NCBI GenBank assembly: GCA_964035575.1
Contig: OZ037836.1
Span: 1,922,001 to 1,986,000, forward strand
Length of the DNA stretch: 64,000 bases
Direction of reading: 5' to 3'
Source: Rhynchopus sp. YZ270_cl-10
Taxonomy: Eukaryota
Below the pieces are notes generated by a model. The model had not been told where the DNA came from. It ran no database searches and saw nothing but the letters and a program-made list of their open reading frames with translations. A program made the translations under genes and the position numbers. Positions 23,380 through 35,409 of this stretch are shown piece after piece (the stretch's first letter is position 1; every line of letters begins with the position of its first letter).

Positions 23380-24939
23380 ATGGAAATATGTGTGAAGAGC
23401 TTTGACGGAGAGAAGTACACAGTCGAGGTGGGTGTGGATGATACAACTGCGGACATACGGCGGAAGGTGGCGTCTGCAGCAGAGTTGTGCGAAGACGGCT
23501 TTGACATGAGCTTCGGTGGGAAGCTGCTGGCCGAAGGAGACGACACGACGCAGCTGAGTGTTGGGGACACAGTTGTGCTGACGAAGACGAAGTCGCAGAA
23601 GGACGACGCCATTGCAGCTCTTCGTGACTTGGGTGAGACAGCGCTGACGTCAGAGAGGTTCAAAGGTACCCGACGGCGGACCGCCCCCCATAGCACATTT
23701 TTGCGGTGCACGGGCGTACGGGATTAGTATCTTTTTTTCGAGAGAACCCAAGAGCGGCCAGGTCCTGGACAAGTACGTTGTGCTTTTAGACCTACAAACT
23801 GTCTGGGGTGGTGGGACCTCGGGGCGAAGGGTGCTTCCCGGGACCCCAATATCCTACCACAAGGAGCTCGAGTCGTGCATGGAATGCAGGGTACTCTGAG
23901 CCGATTACTTCCACAAAACTCCCAGATCCCAAGACCTCCACGGGGGGCAGGCCTCCACGGCAACCCGCGACCGCCGACACCTTAGCTCCGTACTGCCTCT
24001 GTCTGTAACCTGCCGGTCCCCCACCTACCTACGCTTTTTGTGGTGTCTTTTTACGACGGTGGACCAAGGGGCTTTGCAGTGCAGTCAACGCCGACGGAGC
24101 GAGACTCGATTGTGACCGGGTGAAAAGGGAACCTTAGCCAGCGCTAACCAGCGGCAGTTTTGACTCAGGGAGGAGTTTCTCACCGCAGACTGGCGACACA
24201 CCCCCACTTTTTCGGGGTGGCTGCATTCCTCTTCGGAACGGGGTGTTCCATCCTATTTTTAAAAACGTTTAGGTCAGAGAGGTTCAAAGGTCTGGAAGAT
24301 CCCAAGCTGGTTCATTTGTTTCTGCAGGCGGAGGTTGTGACTGAGATCCCCAATAGATTCTTGGCAAATAGTCCGTATGAAGAACGTGATCTCACGTTCT
24401 CAGAACTTGATCTCAGTGGTGTGCCAGGTGTGACTGCAGTAGGCTGCGCATTCCTCCAATACTGCACCTCATTGCACACTCTTGATTTGTCTGGGTGGTG
24501 CAATGTGACGCAAATAAGGAGAGCCTTTCTCTCCAACTGCACCGCGTTGACGACACTTGATTTATCTGGGTGGACCAATGTGACGCACATTGGCGACCAC
24601 GTTCTCTTCAACTGCAGCGCATTGCGAACCCTTGACTTATCTGGGTGGAACAAGGTGACGTGGATTGGTCACTACTTTCTCTCCAACTGCACCTCGTTGA
24701 CGGCACTTGACATGTCTGGGTGGAGCAATATTCCGCACATCAGTCTTTTCTTCCTCTCCAACTGCACCTCGTTGACAACACTTGACATGTCTGGGTGGAC
24801 GAGGGTGATGACATTTGAGACAGGCTTCCTGGAAGGATGCAAAATACGCACAAGCAGCATCAACATCACCGGATCAAGCAGTGTTGTGTCTAAATGTGTG
24901 CGCAACAGGCGTACCAAGCGCCAATGTGTGTGCATGTGA
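23380..24939 (+). CDS. UBL-LRR-CaaX protein, subfamily A; one 624-bp insertion-derived intron (311 aa)
   Basis: MEICVKSFDG...LTSERFKG resumes at LEDPKLVHLFL; ends RRTKRQCVCM*. GT-AG removal of 23666-24289 or 23649-24272 restores the frame exactly. Confidence 0.82.
23668..24272. mobile_element. 605-bp non-coding insertion with 19-bp TSD
   Basis: GTCAGAGAGGTTCAAAGGT at 23649-23667 and 24273-24291. Confidence 0.88.
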
Positions 24940-25008
24940 GGCACGTAGGCTGGTTGCTCATATCCCTGTTCACACCACCACTTTTTTTTGAACAAGATAA
25001 AACAAATA

Positions 25009-25125
25009 CAGCAGGACAAGTAATCTTGGCGACCAAAAAAGTCGCCAATTGCAAGAAAACCCCCAAAATCCGCCAATATTATTTGGTCGCCAATTTTTTT
25101 GGTCGCCAAGTTTCTTGTCCTACTG
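25009..25125. mobile_element. 117-bp MITE with TA TSD (Tc1/mariner-type)
   Basis: TA-CAGCAGGACAAG...CTTGTCCTACTG-TA. Empty sites of the host repeat at about 32950-32980 and, inverted, 63012-63036. A partial inverted copy lies at about 62692-62775. Confidence 0.85.
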
Positions 25126-25204
25126 TAAGCTTGCGTTTCTTTTATCGAACAGATTTAAATCTCCGCCCCGTACCCAAAACGTAAACACCACTTTGAAGCA
25201 GAAA

Positions 25205-25941
25205 TAGCTATTTATTCGTCTGAGGAAATATTCACTTTTCCTCACACGAGTGTACCTTTCAGAAACGAGTGGCATTTTACCCCACGAGCGAAGCGAGTGG
25301 GGTAATAGACTTTATCTCACGAGCGAAGCGAGTGGGATAAAGTCAGCCACGAGTTTCTGAAAGGGCACGAGTGGAGGGAAAGTGAATATTTCACCAGAAT
25401 ATAATAGTTTTCTCAACTGAAGGAAAAGTAGCTCTAAGCAAACCCCGTGGAAGAAGTGTGGGGTGAATATGCAGAAAAAAAAGACGATTTTTTGGTGGGA
25501 ATATTTTTCACAGAAAATCGAATTTCACTATTAAGATTGGCTCTGCTCGACACCCAGTAAGGCTACTATGGGCCCCATGGGACATTTTGGCCCGAATACC
25601 AGGCCGTATTTTCAAAAGATTGATAATCCCAGAATATGGTATAGCCCTGTGGTACCAAATTTTTGGCCGAAAAAATGGACCAAAAAATGGTCATGTTGGT
25701 CACGGTGACAAAATGTGAAGCAGAGATATCAAAATGACCCACTCTCCCACCCAATTTTTTTTTTTTTCGACCCCCCCTCTACTTTTCCTCACACCAAAAA
25801 AAGCCTCACACATAGGCTTTTTTCTACACAAACCCCAGCCAAAAATTATTGCTACTTTTCCAAATTGTGTGAGGAAAAGTGAATTTATCCTCACACTTCT
25901 TCCACGGGGTTTGCTCAGAGCTACTTTTCCTCAGTTGAGAA
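25205..25941. mobile_element. About 740-bp insertion built from two inverted-repeat modules
   Basis: Hairpin 25225-25392 and ~58-bp inverted repeats at 25410-25468 / 25883-25941. Absent from the homologous repeat near 33040. Boundaries approximate. Confidence 0.6.
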
Positions 25942-26176
25942 AAAATATTTTCTTTACATTTTTCTTCCACACGCGCTGGTTTTTGTGTTCATTAATCTTT
26001 ATCAAAAAGCTTTCCCTCCCTCAGCGAAACGTTTCTCCATGTATTGCACGGGAAACAATATATATGACAAACAGGTGCAGGGTGGTTCCGTGCATACCAT
26101 AGAACCCGGCACCTTGTGTGTCTTCCAAAAACCAAAAGCGTTGTGTGTGAAGTTTTGAAGGAAGGAAAAATAAAAT

Positions 26177-27351
26177 CAGTCCTATTCGTGGTCATTTACC
26201 CCCCCCCCCTAAATTTACCCCCCCCCCCCCTTATTTTACCCCCTTTTTCAGAAAAAAACGGTTCAGGCCAAAATAACATGGTAATTTACCCCCCCCCCCT
26301 TATAATACCCTGTTGTGGCTGGTACTTTACCCCCCTGGGGGGGTAAAGTACCAGCCACCAGGTAATTTTTGGGTAATTATCGCCGCAACACGCCAGGTGG
26401 TGTTTTGTCATAAGTAAGAGAAAACCGAATGGAGTGGGAACGCTAGTGAGAGCGCAGCGGAAACGATAGTGGGAACGCAACGAGCTTTTTTCATAATGTT
26501 TTATTCTTCCCCACAAAATATCACGCGCAGAGAAACACTCGTTTTTCACACAGCGCGTCCGTTTGTTTGTTTTTCTCAAACGACACCTTTTTTCAAAATT
26601 TTTTAGACAAAGAGAAAAACAAAGAGATTTTGACAAAGTGAACAATAAAACGAGTGACCTAAACCCACGAGCGAAGCGAGGGGGTTCAGGGAACGAGTGG
26701 CAAAACACCACCTGGCGTGTAATTATGGGGTAATAGTTTCACTTAGTGCAGCGCATACCTGTTTTGTTTTATGGTTTGCTGGGAGGGGCTGATGTGTTCA
26801 GCGGGTCGTACATCCGGAGACTGTAGGACTCGTCTGATTTGAAGCTGGAGACAAGCTCGAAATGAGGAAAGGGGTAAAGTGCAAATAATCTTTCACCCTG
26901 TTTTACATCACGTGTGCAGGTAGATGGGTGCAGGTGGGTACGTTTGTGCTGCGTGGGCGATACGTTTGGGACACCTCACGGAATCTGAGGCAACACCGTG
27001 ATCCCTGACCAGTCATGGTTCAGGCACGGGCAGAAAGATGATGTGGATGATGTGGATCCATGATGCATGACTGCTTGCGATGTCGCAAGGAAGTGAGGAA
27101 TTTTTTTCAGATGACACATTTGTCATGAGAGCATGTGTTGTCACACTGTGTTGTGCAAAATTTTACCCCACCGTGTATGAAAAAGTCCCCCCTTCCCACC
27201 CAAAAACATGACCTAACCCATAACATGGTAATTTACCCCCCCCCCCCTTACCCCCTCATTTACCCCCCCCCCCTTATGTTACCCCCTTATTTCCAAAATT
27301 TCCGGTTCACCGACCCAAAGGGGGGGGGGTAAATGACCACGAATAGGACTG
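26177..27351. mobile_element. 1175-bp TIR element with a nested ~335-bp inverted-repeat element (about 26387-26721)
   Basis: TIR CAGTCCTATTCGTGGTCATTTACCCCCCCCC and its reverse complement, flanked by AT. Inner repeats ACACGCCAGGTGGTGTTTTG / CAAAACACCACCTGGCGTGT. Confidence 0.8.
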
Positions 27352-28110
27352 ATGTTTTTTTTGTGAGGAGAAAACCAAAACAAAATGAAGCTTGTAAAAT
27401 GAGAGTGGAGGTTTTTCATAATGTTTTATTCTCCCCATTACCACCACTTCGCAGAAAAAAACTCTTTTTTTTTTCGTTCGCGAGTTTGTTTTGCGTCTTC
27501 CGCAGTTTACAAACTTTTATTTCTCGGTATCACTTGTGATACAGTTTCCATGGATAGACATGAAAAGGAGCACAGGTGGTTTTGTGCTGGTCTTTCACAC
27601 GTGGGGCGTGTCTCCCAAACAACAATAAAGTAAATGACTAAAAATGTTGAAAGAAAAAGGAAGAACAAAACAATGTGGTTTACAAAGGGGACTATAAAAT
27701 GAGACACGTGTGCATATCTAGTAGTAACCACGACTCGTTTTTTTCCCTCCGGAGGGGGTCTGTGTGTGTGTTGAAGTTAGATCACAAAGCAGGTCTTTTC
27801 AGTATTAATGAAAAGATGCAAAGCTTAGATCTGGCGAGATTCTTACACTGTTCCACACTGCATCAATGCTGCGAATATTGTGCTTGTAACCCCAAAATAA
27901 TCAACATTTTTTGAGCATGCCATCAGGTTTCCTTTTTACAGTACAGGGTACACTTTTGGCAGCTGGAGCACATCCTCGGGTGTGCAAACTATTACAACGA
28001 AGCTTTCAAAAACAAAACAAAAGACCTCTCCCCTTGCAACTGTTTGTTGTCTCTTGCGTACTCTCACCCCCAATTGAAAACACGTGCACAAAACAGAGAA
28101 ACACAAAACC

Positions 28111-29031
28111 ATGGAAATATGTGTGAAGAGCTTTGACGGAGAGAAGTACACAGTCGAGGTGGGTGTGGATGATACAACTGCGGACATACGGCGGAAGGTG
28201 GCGTCTGCAGCAGAGTTGTGCGAAGACGGCTTTGACATGAGCTTTGGAGGGAAGCTGCTGGCCGAAGGAGACGACACGACGCAGCTGAGTGCTGGGGACA
28301 CAGTTGTGCTGACGAAGACGAAGTCGCAGAAGGACGACGCCATTGCAGCTCTTCATGACTTGGGTGAGACAAGGCTGACGTCAGACAGGTTCGATTATCT
28401 GAGAGATCCCAAGCTGGTTCATTTGTTTCTGCAGGCGGAAGTTGTTGCTAGGATCTCCCATAATTTCTTGCAAGCTGGCACGTTCTCAGAACTTGATCTC
28501 AGTGGTGTGCCAGGTGTGACTGCAGTAGGCTGCAACTTCCTCCAATATTGCACCTCATTGCACACTGCTGATTTATCCGGGTGGAACAATGTCACAGAAA
28601 TTTCGGAATACTTTCTCTCCCACTGCTACTCATTGACCACACTGGACTTGTCTGGGTGGACCAATGTGACGCACATTGGGAACGGCTTTCTCTCCCACTG
28701 CAGATCGTTGACCACACTGGATATTTCTGGGTGGAACAATGTGACGCAGATTGGGCAGTCCTTCCTCTCCCGCTGCACTGCGTTGACTACACTTGACCTA
28801 CAGGGGTGGAACCATGTAAGGCAAATAGGGAGCTACTTCCTCATCAACTGCAGCGCATTGAAAACACTTGACATGTCTGGGTGGACGAGTGTGACGCATA
28901 TTGAGACAGGCTTCCTAAAAAGATGCACAATACCCACAAGCAGCATCAACGTCACCGGATCGAGCAGTGTGTCATATTGTGTGCATGGCCACAACGGTGA
29001 TAACCTCAAATATCAATGTGTATGCACGTGA
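28111..29031 (+). CDS. UBL-LRR-CaaX protein, subfamily A, intact and intronless (306 aa)
   Basis: Complete ORF from MEICVKSFDG to LKYQCVCT*. Confidence 0.93.
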   Translation: MEICVKSFDGEKYTVEVGVDDTTADIRRKVASAAELCEDGFDMSFGGKLLAEGDDTTQLSAGDTVVLTKTKSQKDDAIAALHDLGETRLTSDRFDYLRDPKLVHLFLQAEVVARISHNFLQAGTFSELDLSGVPGVTAVGCNFLQYCTSLHTADLSGWNNVTEISEYFLSHCYSLTTLDLSGWTNVTHIGNGFLSHCRSLTTLDISGWNNVTQIGQSFLSRCTALTTLDLQGWNHVRQIGSYFLINCSALKTLDMSGWTSVTHIETGFLKRCTIPTSSINVTGSSSVSYCVHGHNGDNLKYQCVCT

Positions 29032-29934
29032 GGCATGTGCATATGTCAAGAGCTTGGCGCTCATTGCGATGTTCACTGTTGATCATACAGCAAGACTGCC
29101 ACGAGTTTTTTGCTGAGCTGGTGGACGCCAACAAGTACGAGTAGACGTTCCACAAATTGTGTTATATTTTACACTGCAAAAGAATCTCCACAAAAACCCA
29201 TGTCTTATTCATTACGTACCTCCCCGCCCAACCCCCCTTTTTTTTCTGTAATTCATCACTACTGAACTCGTTGAACACCACGTGGTCTTTCACTGTCTTC
29301 TTCGACACACACACCCGACCACTCCCAAAAACACCTGCCATCCTGTGGGTGATCTCATGTACGGCGTGTGTCGTCAAGATGGCAGCCATCCACAAAGTCA
29401 TTAACCTGTCAGAGTGTCCCACGTCAAGAGGGCCTTCCCCACCTCCCGCATGAGGCCAATATGGAGGTGTTGTCCTACGTATCCTGTACCTGTTTTGTTG
29501 TTTTTTCTTGCCCCACCCAAAACACCTGAAGCAGAGAAATCACTGAGATGGTTAGGTTGTAGATGCATTCCAATGTGAGAGATCTATCTCGACCTTGCCT
29601 TGTGAACAGAGGCGGTAGGACTCACGACCTTGATGCCTTGCTGAAGCATTTCTGTGAAGATGGGTGTCGGGAGGGTCACGTTGCAGACACCAAGGCTTTC
29701 TATGACGTCTGCTCGGGTGGTGATCGTTTTGTTCCTTCACACCAACTGACTGCAGGTCACCCCCAAGACACCCCCACGCACCATAACCTGAATAGGAAGC
29801 TGATTACACATCCCCACCCTTTCTCTTCTGCGTCTATATCCAAAAGAGGTCTTGTTATGTTGAAGGGTTTTTCTGCGAGATGTTTGCGCGACAGAAGGAC
29901 GATTCGGTTCGGTCGACGCTGGAACACCACACAT

Positions 29935-32587
29935 GCGCCGAGTGAAGTGCCTGCAGCACATCATGGACACACCGAGACTGTGCGCAATGTTGCGGGTTTG
30001 CCAGAGGTGGACGTGAAGCACGCAGATGAGAACGGGATGACTGCGTTGCACTGGGAAGCAAAGAGAGGTTCTCCTGATGTGGTGCAGGCGCTCGTTGATG
30101 CAGGGGCAGACATCGAGGCAAGGAACAGCTTGGGTTGTTCGCCTCTGCTTGTCGCTTGCGAGAACGGGAATATTGCAAAGGTGAAGATGTTGGTCAGAGC
30201 TGGTGCAGATGCACGTGCCACAGATGCCGGCGGACACACGTGTCTTAATTCTTGCAGCATATTTGGGACACACCGAGACTGTGCGCTATCTTGTGCGCTT
30301 GCCGGAGGTGGACGTGAATCACGAAAGCAGCAAGAACAGCACTGCGTTGCACGTAGCTGTGCAGGAGAAACATTCAGACGTGGTGCAGGTGCTCATTGAT
30401 GCAGGGGCAGACATTGAGACAAAGAATGATAAAGGACGCTCTCCTTTGCTCGAGGCTGGCTGTTTAGGAGCACTCACAATTGTGAAGAAGTTGGTCGAAG
30501 CTGGTGCGGATGCACGTGCCACAGATGCCGAAAGAAACACGTGTCTTTCCCTTGCAGCGTATTTTGGGCACACGGAGACTGTGCGCTATCTTGTGGGCTT
30601 GAAGGATGTGGATGTGAATAGCGCAGATAACCACTTCACTGCGTTGCACAGAGCGGTGGCCAAAGGACATGTCGATATCGTTCAGGTCCTCATTGAGGCA
30701 GGGGCAGACGTCGACGCAAAGAACGACATGCTATTTTCGCCTCTGCACTTGGCTAGCTGGGAGGGGAATATGGCAATTGTGAAGATGTTGGTCGAAGCAG
30801 GTGCGGATCTAAGTGTCGCAGACAATAAAGGTAACACTTGTCTTACCCTTGCAGAATATGAAGGACACACCGAGACTGTGCGCTATCTTGCCAACTTGCC
30901 GAAAGTGGATGTGAATAGCGCAGATCATGAAGGCTTCACTGCGTTGCACAGGGCGGTGGGCGGACGACGTGCTGATCTGGTGCAGGTGCTCATTGATGCA
31001 GGGGCAGATATCGAGACAAGCAATAATGGAGGACGCACGCCTTTGCTCGAGGCTAGCTGTTTAGGAGAACTCATAATTGTGACGAAGTTGGTCGAAGCAG
31101 GTGCAGATGCACGTGCCACAGATGCCGAAAGAAACACGTGTCTTATTCTTGCAGCATATTTTGGACACACCGAGACTGTGCGCTATCTTGTGGGCTTGTC
31201 GGAGGTGGACGTGAATCACGAAAGCAGCAAAAACCGCACTGCGTTGCACGTAGCTGTGCAGAAGAAACATTCAGACGTGGTGCAGGTGCTCATTGATGCA
31301 GGGGCAGACATTGAGACAAAGAATGATAAAGGACTCTCTCCTTTGCTCGAGGCTGGCTGTTTAGGAGCACTCACAATTGTGAAGAAGTTGGTCGAAGCTG
31401 GTGCAGATGCACGTGCCACAGATGCCGAAAGAAACATGTGTCTTTCCCTTGCAGCGTATTTTGGGCACACGGAGACTGTGCACTATCTTGTGGGCTTGAA
31501 GGATGTGGATGTGAATATCGCAGAGAAACACGTCACTGCGTTGCACAGAGCGGTGGCCAAAGGACATGTCGATATCGTTCAGGTCCTCATTGAGGCAGGG
31601 GCAGACGTCGACGCAAAGAACGACATGCTATTTTCGCCTCTGCACTTGGCTAGCTGGGGGGGAAATATGGCAATTGCGAAAGTGTTGGTCGAAGCAGGTG
31701 CGGATGTAAGTGCCTCAGACGAGCACGGTGACACGTGTCTTACCCTTGCAGCACAGCATGGACACATCGAGACTGTGCGCTATCTTGCCAACTTGCCGAA
31801 AGTGGATGTGAATAGCGCAGATCATGAAGGCTTCACTGCGTTGCACAGGGCGGTGGGCGGACGACATGCTGATCTGGTGCAGGTGCTCATTGATGCAGGG
31901 GCAGACATCGAAACAAAGAATGATGAAGGACGCACGCTTTTGCTCGAGGCAAGCTGTTTAGGAGAACTCATAATTGTGACGAAGTTGGTCGAAGCAGGTG
32001 CAGATGCACGTGCCACAGATGCCGGCGGACACACGTGTCTTATTCTTGCAGCATATTTTGGACACACCGAGACTGTGCGCTATCTTGTGCGCTTGCCGGA
32101 GGTGGACGTGAATCACGAAAGCAGCAAGAACAGCACTGCGTTGCACTTAGCTGTGCAGGAGAAACATTCAGACGTGGTGCAGGTGCTCATTGATGCAGGG
32201 GCAGACATCGAGACAAAGAATGATGAAGGACGCTCTCCTTTGCTCGAGGCTGGCTGTTTAGGAGCACTCACAATTGTGACGAAGTTGGTCGAAGCTGGTG
32301 CGGATGCACGTGCCACAGATGCCGAAAGAAACACGTGTCTTTCCCTTGCAGCGTATTTTGGGCACACGGAGACTGTGCGCTATCTTGTGGGCTTGAAGGA
32401 TGTGGATGTGAATAGCGTAGACGCTAAAGACTTCACTGCGTTGCACTTAGCTGTGCAGGAGAAACATTCAGACGTGGTGCAGGTGCTCATTGATGCAGGG
32501 GCAGACATTGAGACAAAGTGTGATGAAGGACGCTCGCCTTTGCTAAGCATCGTCCTCAAGTCCCTCAGCGACGGGCCAGTGTCATAA
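29935..32587 (+). CDS. Ankyrin-repeat protein, about 26 repeats; +1 frameshift near 30247 (pseudogene or assembly error); start uncertain
   Basis: Canonical TALH/SPLL/TCL ankyrin repeats in ORFs 29563-30399 and 30203-32587. TGTCTTAATTCTT at 30241 has one extra A relative to the sister repeat TGTCTTATTCTT near 32036. Confidence 0.85.
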
Positions 32588-33123
32588 CCTTTACACATTG
32601 TATGTTCAGTTCTCCCTCTCATTTGTTTGCCTCACAGGAATAAGCTCAAGAATTAAACTCTTCCCCCCAAACCCCTTTTTCGTCTTTGTTTTCTTTATCC
32701 AAACGGCAAGTGGATGTGCCTATGTAGTGAAGTGATTGAGACAAAGTTCGTCCAGTTTTCTGATAATCGGTGTACGTGTTTTCGTCGCCGCTCTAGATGT
32801 TGTTAATCCCTGTTCCACGAATTAATTTTATGAGGACAAATACTTTGTGGTGGGAAATGATTAAAACATCTGAGACTTGTCGTTATTCCCTTCCCCCTTT
32901 ATTATGCACTCACCTCATTCTGTACTTCAGGCTAAGGGTTTTTTTCCTGAACAAGATAAAACAATAAGCTCGCGTTTCTTTTATCGAACAGATTTTATTC
33001 TCCGCCTCGTACCCAAAACGTAAACACCACTTTGAATCAGATAAAATATCTTCCTTCCCCTTTTTTCTTCCACACGCGTTGGTTTTTGTATTTCGCTAAT
33101 TTTTATCAAAAAGCTTTCTTTAT

Positions 33124-33272
33124 ATGATACAACTGCGGACATACGGCGTAAGATGGCGTCTGCAGCAGAGTTGTGCGAAGACGGCTCTGACATGAGCTAT
33201 GAGGGAAGGTGCTGCCCGAAGGTGCGGACTCACGCGGTTGAGTACTGGTGATACAACCGTCCTGGCCTAGAC
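33124..33272 (+). pseudogene. Decayed UBL fragment, subfamily A
   Basis: ATGATACAACTGCGGACATACGGCGTAAGATGGCG... matches the UBL coding sequence but has no start, has indels and a stop. Confidence 0.8.
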
Positions 33273-33771
33273 GCTGAACCTGCAGGAGCGATCCCCGTGC
33301 ACAGGCTGCGATCTGTGTGTAAAAAGGAAGAACAAAACAATGTGGTTTACAAAGGGACTATAACTTGAGACATGTGTGCGTTTATAGTAGTAACCACGAC
33401 TCGTTTTTTCCCCTCCGGAGGGGTCTGTGTGTGTGTTGAAGTTAGATCACAAAGCAGGTCTTTTCGTATTAATGAAAAGATGCAAAGCTTAGATCTGGCG
33501 AGATTCTTACACTGTTCCACCCATCAATGCTGCGAATATTGTGCTTGTAACCCCAAAATAATCAACATTTTTTGAGCATGCCATCAGGTTTCCTTTTTAC
33601 AGTACAGGGTACACTTTTGGCAGCTGGAGCACGTCCTCGGGTGTGCAAACTATTACAACGAAGCTTTCAAAAACAAAACAAAAGACCTCTCCCCTTGCAA
33701 CTGTTTGTTGTCTCTTGCGTACTCTTACCCCCAATTGAAAACACCTGCACAAAACAGAGAGACACAAAATC

Positions 33772-34591
33772 ATGGAAATATGTGTGGAGAGCTTTGACGG
33801 AGAGAAGTACACAGTCGAGGTGGGTGTGGATGATACAACTGCGGACATACGGCGGAAGGTGGCGTCTGCAGCAGAGTTGCGCGAAGACGGCTTTGACATG
33901 AGCTTCGGAGAGAAGCTGCTGGCCGAAGGAGACGACACGACGCAGCTGAGTGCTGGGGACACAGTTGTGCTGGCGAAGACGAAGTCGCAGAAGGACGACG
34001 CCATTGCAGCTCTTCGTGACTTGGGTGAGACAAGGCTGACGTCAGAGAGGCTCCAAGGTCTGACAGATCCCAAGCTGGTGCATTTGTTTCTGCAGGCGGA
34101 GGTTGTTACTAAGATTCCCTCCAACTGCTTGAGAGATGGCACGTTCTCAGAACTTGATCTCAGTGGTGTGCCAGGTGTGACTGGTATAGACTGCAACTTC
34201 GTCCGAAACTGCACCTCATTGCACACGGCTGATTTGTCTGGGTGGAACAATGTGACGCAAATATGGGGGGGCTTCATCTTTAACTGCACCGCGTTGACCA
34301 CACTTGACTTGTCTAGTCGGATCCGGCTTCCTCTCCAACTGCACCTCATTGACGACACTTGACTTATCTGGGTGGAACAATGTGACGTGCATTGGTCACA
34401 ACTTTCTCTTCAACTGCACTTCGTTGACAACACTTGACATGTCTGGGTGGAGGAGTGTGACGCTGATTCTTCCACCCTTCCTGGAAGGATGCAACATCCC
34501 CACAAGCAGCATCAACATCACCGGATCAAGCAGAGTTGTGTCTAAATGTGTGCGCAACAGGCGTACCAAGCGCCAATGTGTGTGCATGTGA
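33772..34591 (+). pseudogene. UBL-LRR-CaaX subfamily A copy, frameshifted by a 20-nt deletion near 34315
   Basis: ORFs 33772-34362 and 34304-34591 overlap in different frames. The GWNNVTQ part of one repeat is missing. Its tail is nearly identical to the gene ending at 24939. Confidence 0.85.
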
Positions 34592-34925
34592 GGCACGTAG
34601 GCTGGTTGCTCGTATCCCTGTTCACACCACTTTTGTTTTGTTTTTTTATGAGACATGTGTGCATTTCTAGAAAATTTTTTCAGTATCCACGACTCGTTTT
34701 TTTTTCCTCCCGTGCTCCCTATCTGTCTCACAGTACAATACACACCAGGGAATTTGTCAAATTTTTTTGTGTGACTGAGTGCGAGATGCCTTCAAGAATT
34801 AAGCTCTCCCCCGCAAACCCCCTTTCGTCTTTGTTTTTCTTGTTTTTCTTCGTGCACTCGTACTTTTCACGAAATGGAAGTGGTGATGCCTTTTATGCAC
34901 ATTTCTTCCGCAAACCCATAAATCA

Positions 34926-35111
34926 GGTCATGGTCATGGTCATGGTCATGGTCATGGTCATGGTCATGGTCATGGTCATGGTCATGGTCATGGTCATGGT
35001 CATGGTCATGGTCATGGTCATGGTCATGGTCATGGTCATGGTCATGGTCATGGTCATGGTCATGGTCATGGTCATGGTCATGGTCATGGTCATGGTCATG
35101 GTCATGGTCAT
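34926..35111. repeat. (GGTCAT)n microsatellite, 31 copies
   Basis: Perfect hexamer array. Confidence 0.98.
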
Positions 35112-35409
35112 ATGGTCATAGTCGGGAAGGCAAAGTGGGGAGAGGGCAATAGGGAGGGGGTCTGTGTGTGTGTGTTGAAGTTAGATCACAAAGCAGGTCT
35201 TTTCAGTACTAATGAAAAGATGCAAAACTTAGATCTGGCGAGATTCTTGTGCATTACACTGTTCCACAGCGTGGGTCTGGGTACCTGGGTCTTCCTTAGT
35301 AACGTGTGTTCTGTACAGAGAATGACGTGCACATGTCATCGTTTTTACCATGTCATATGACATGTGGTCGTGTGGACACAAAACAGCCACCCCTCCCCAT
35401 GTAAATAAG

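Noticed and set aside
30200..32545. CRISPR-like repeat-spacer pattern
   Set aside because: The periodicity is coding ankyrin or LRR repeats. No constant repeat with unique spacers and no cas genes.
34546..35121. (MV)n and (MT)n ORFs, and the (PR)n/(AH)n ORFs near 60161-60921
   Set aside because: Hexamer repeat artefacts.
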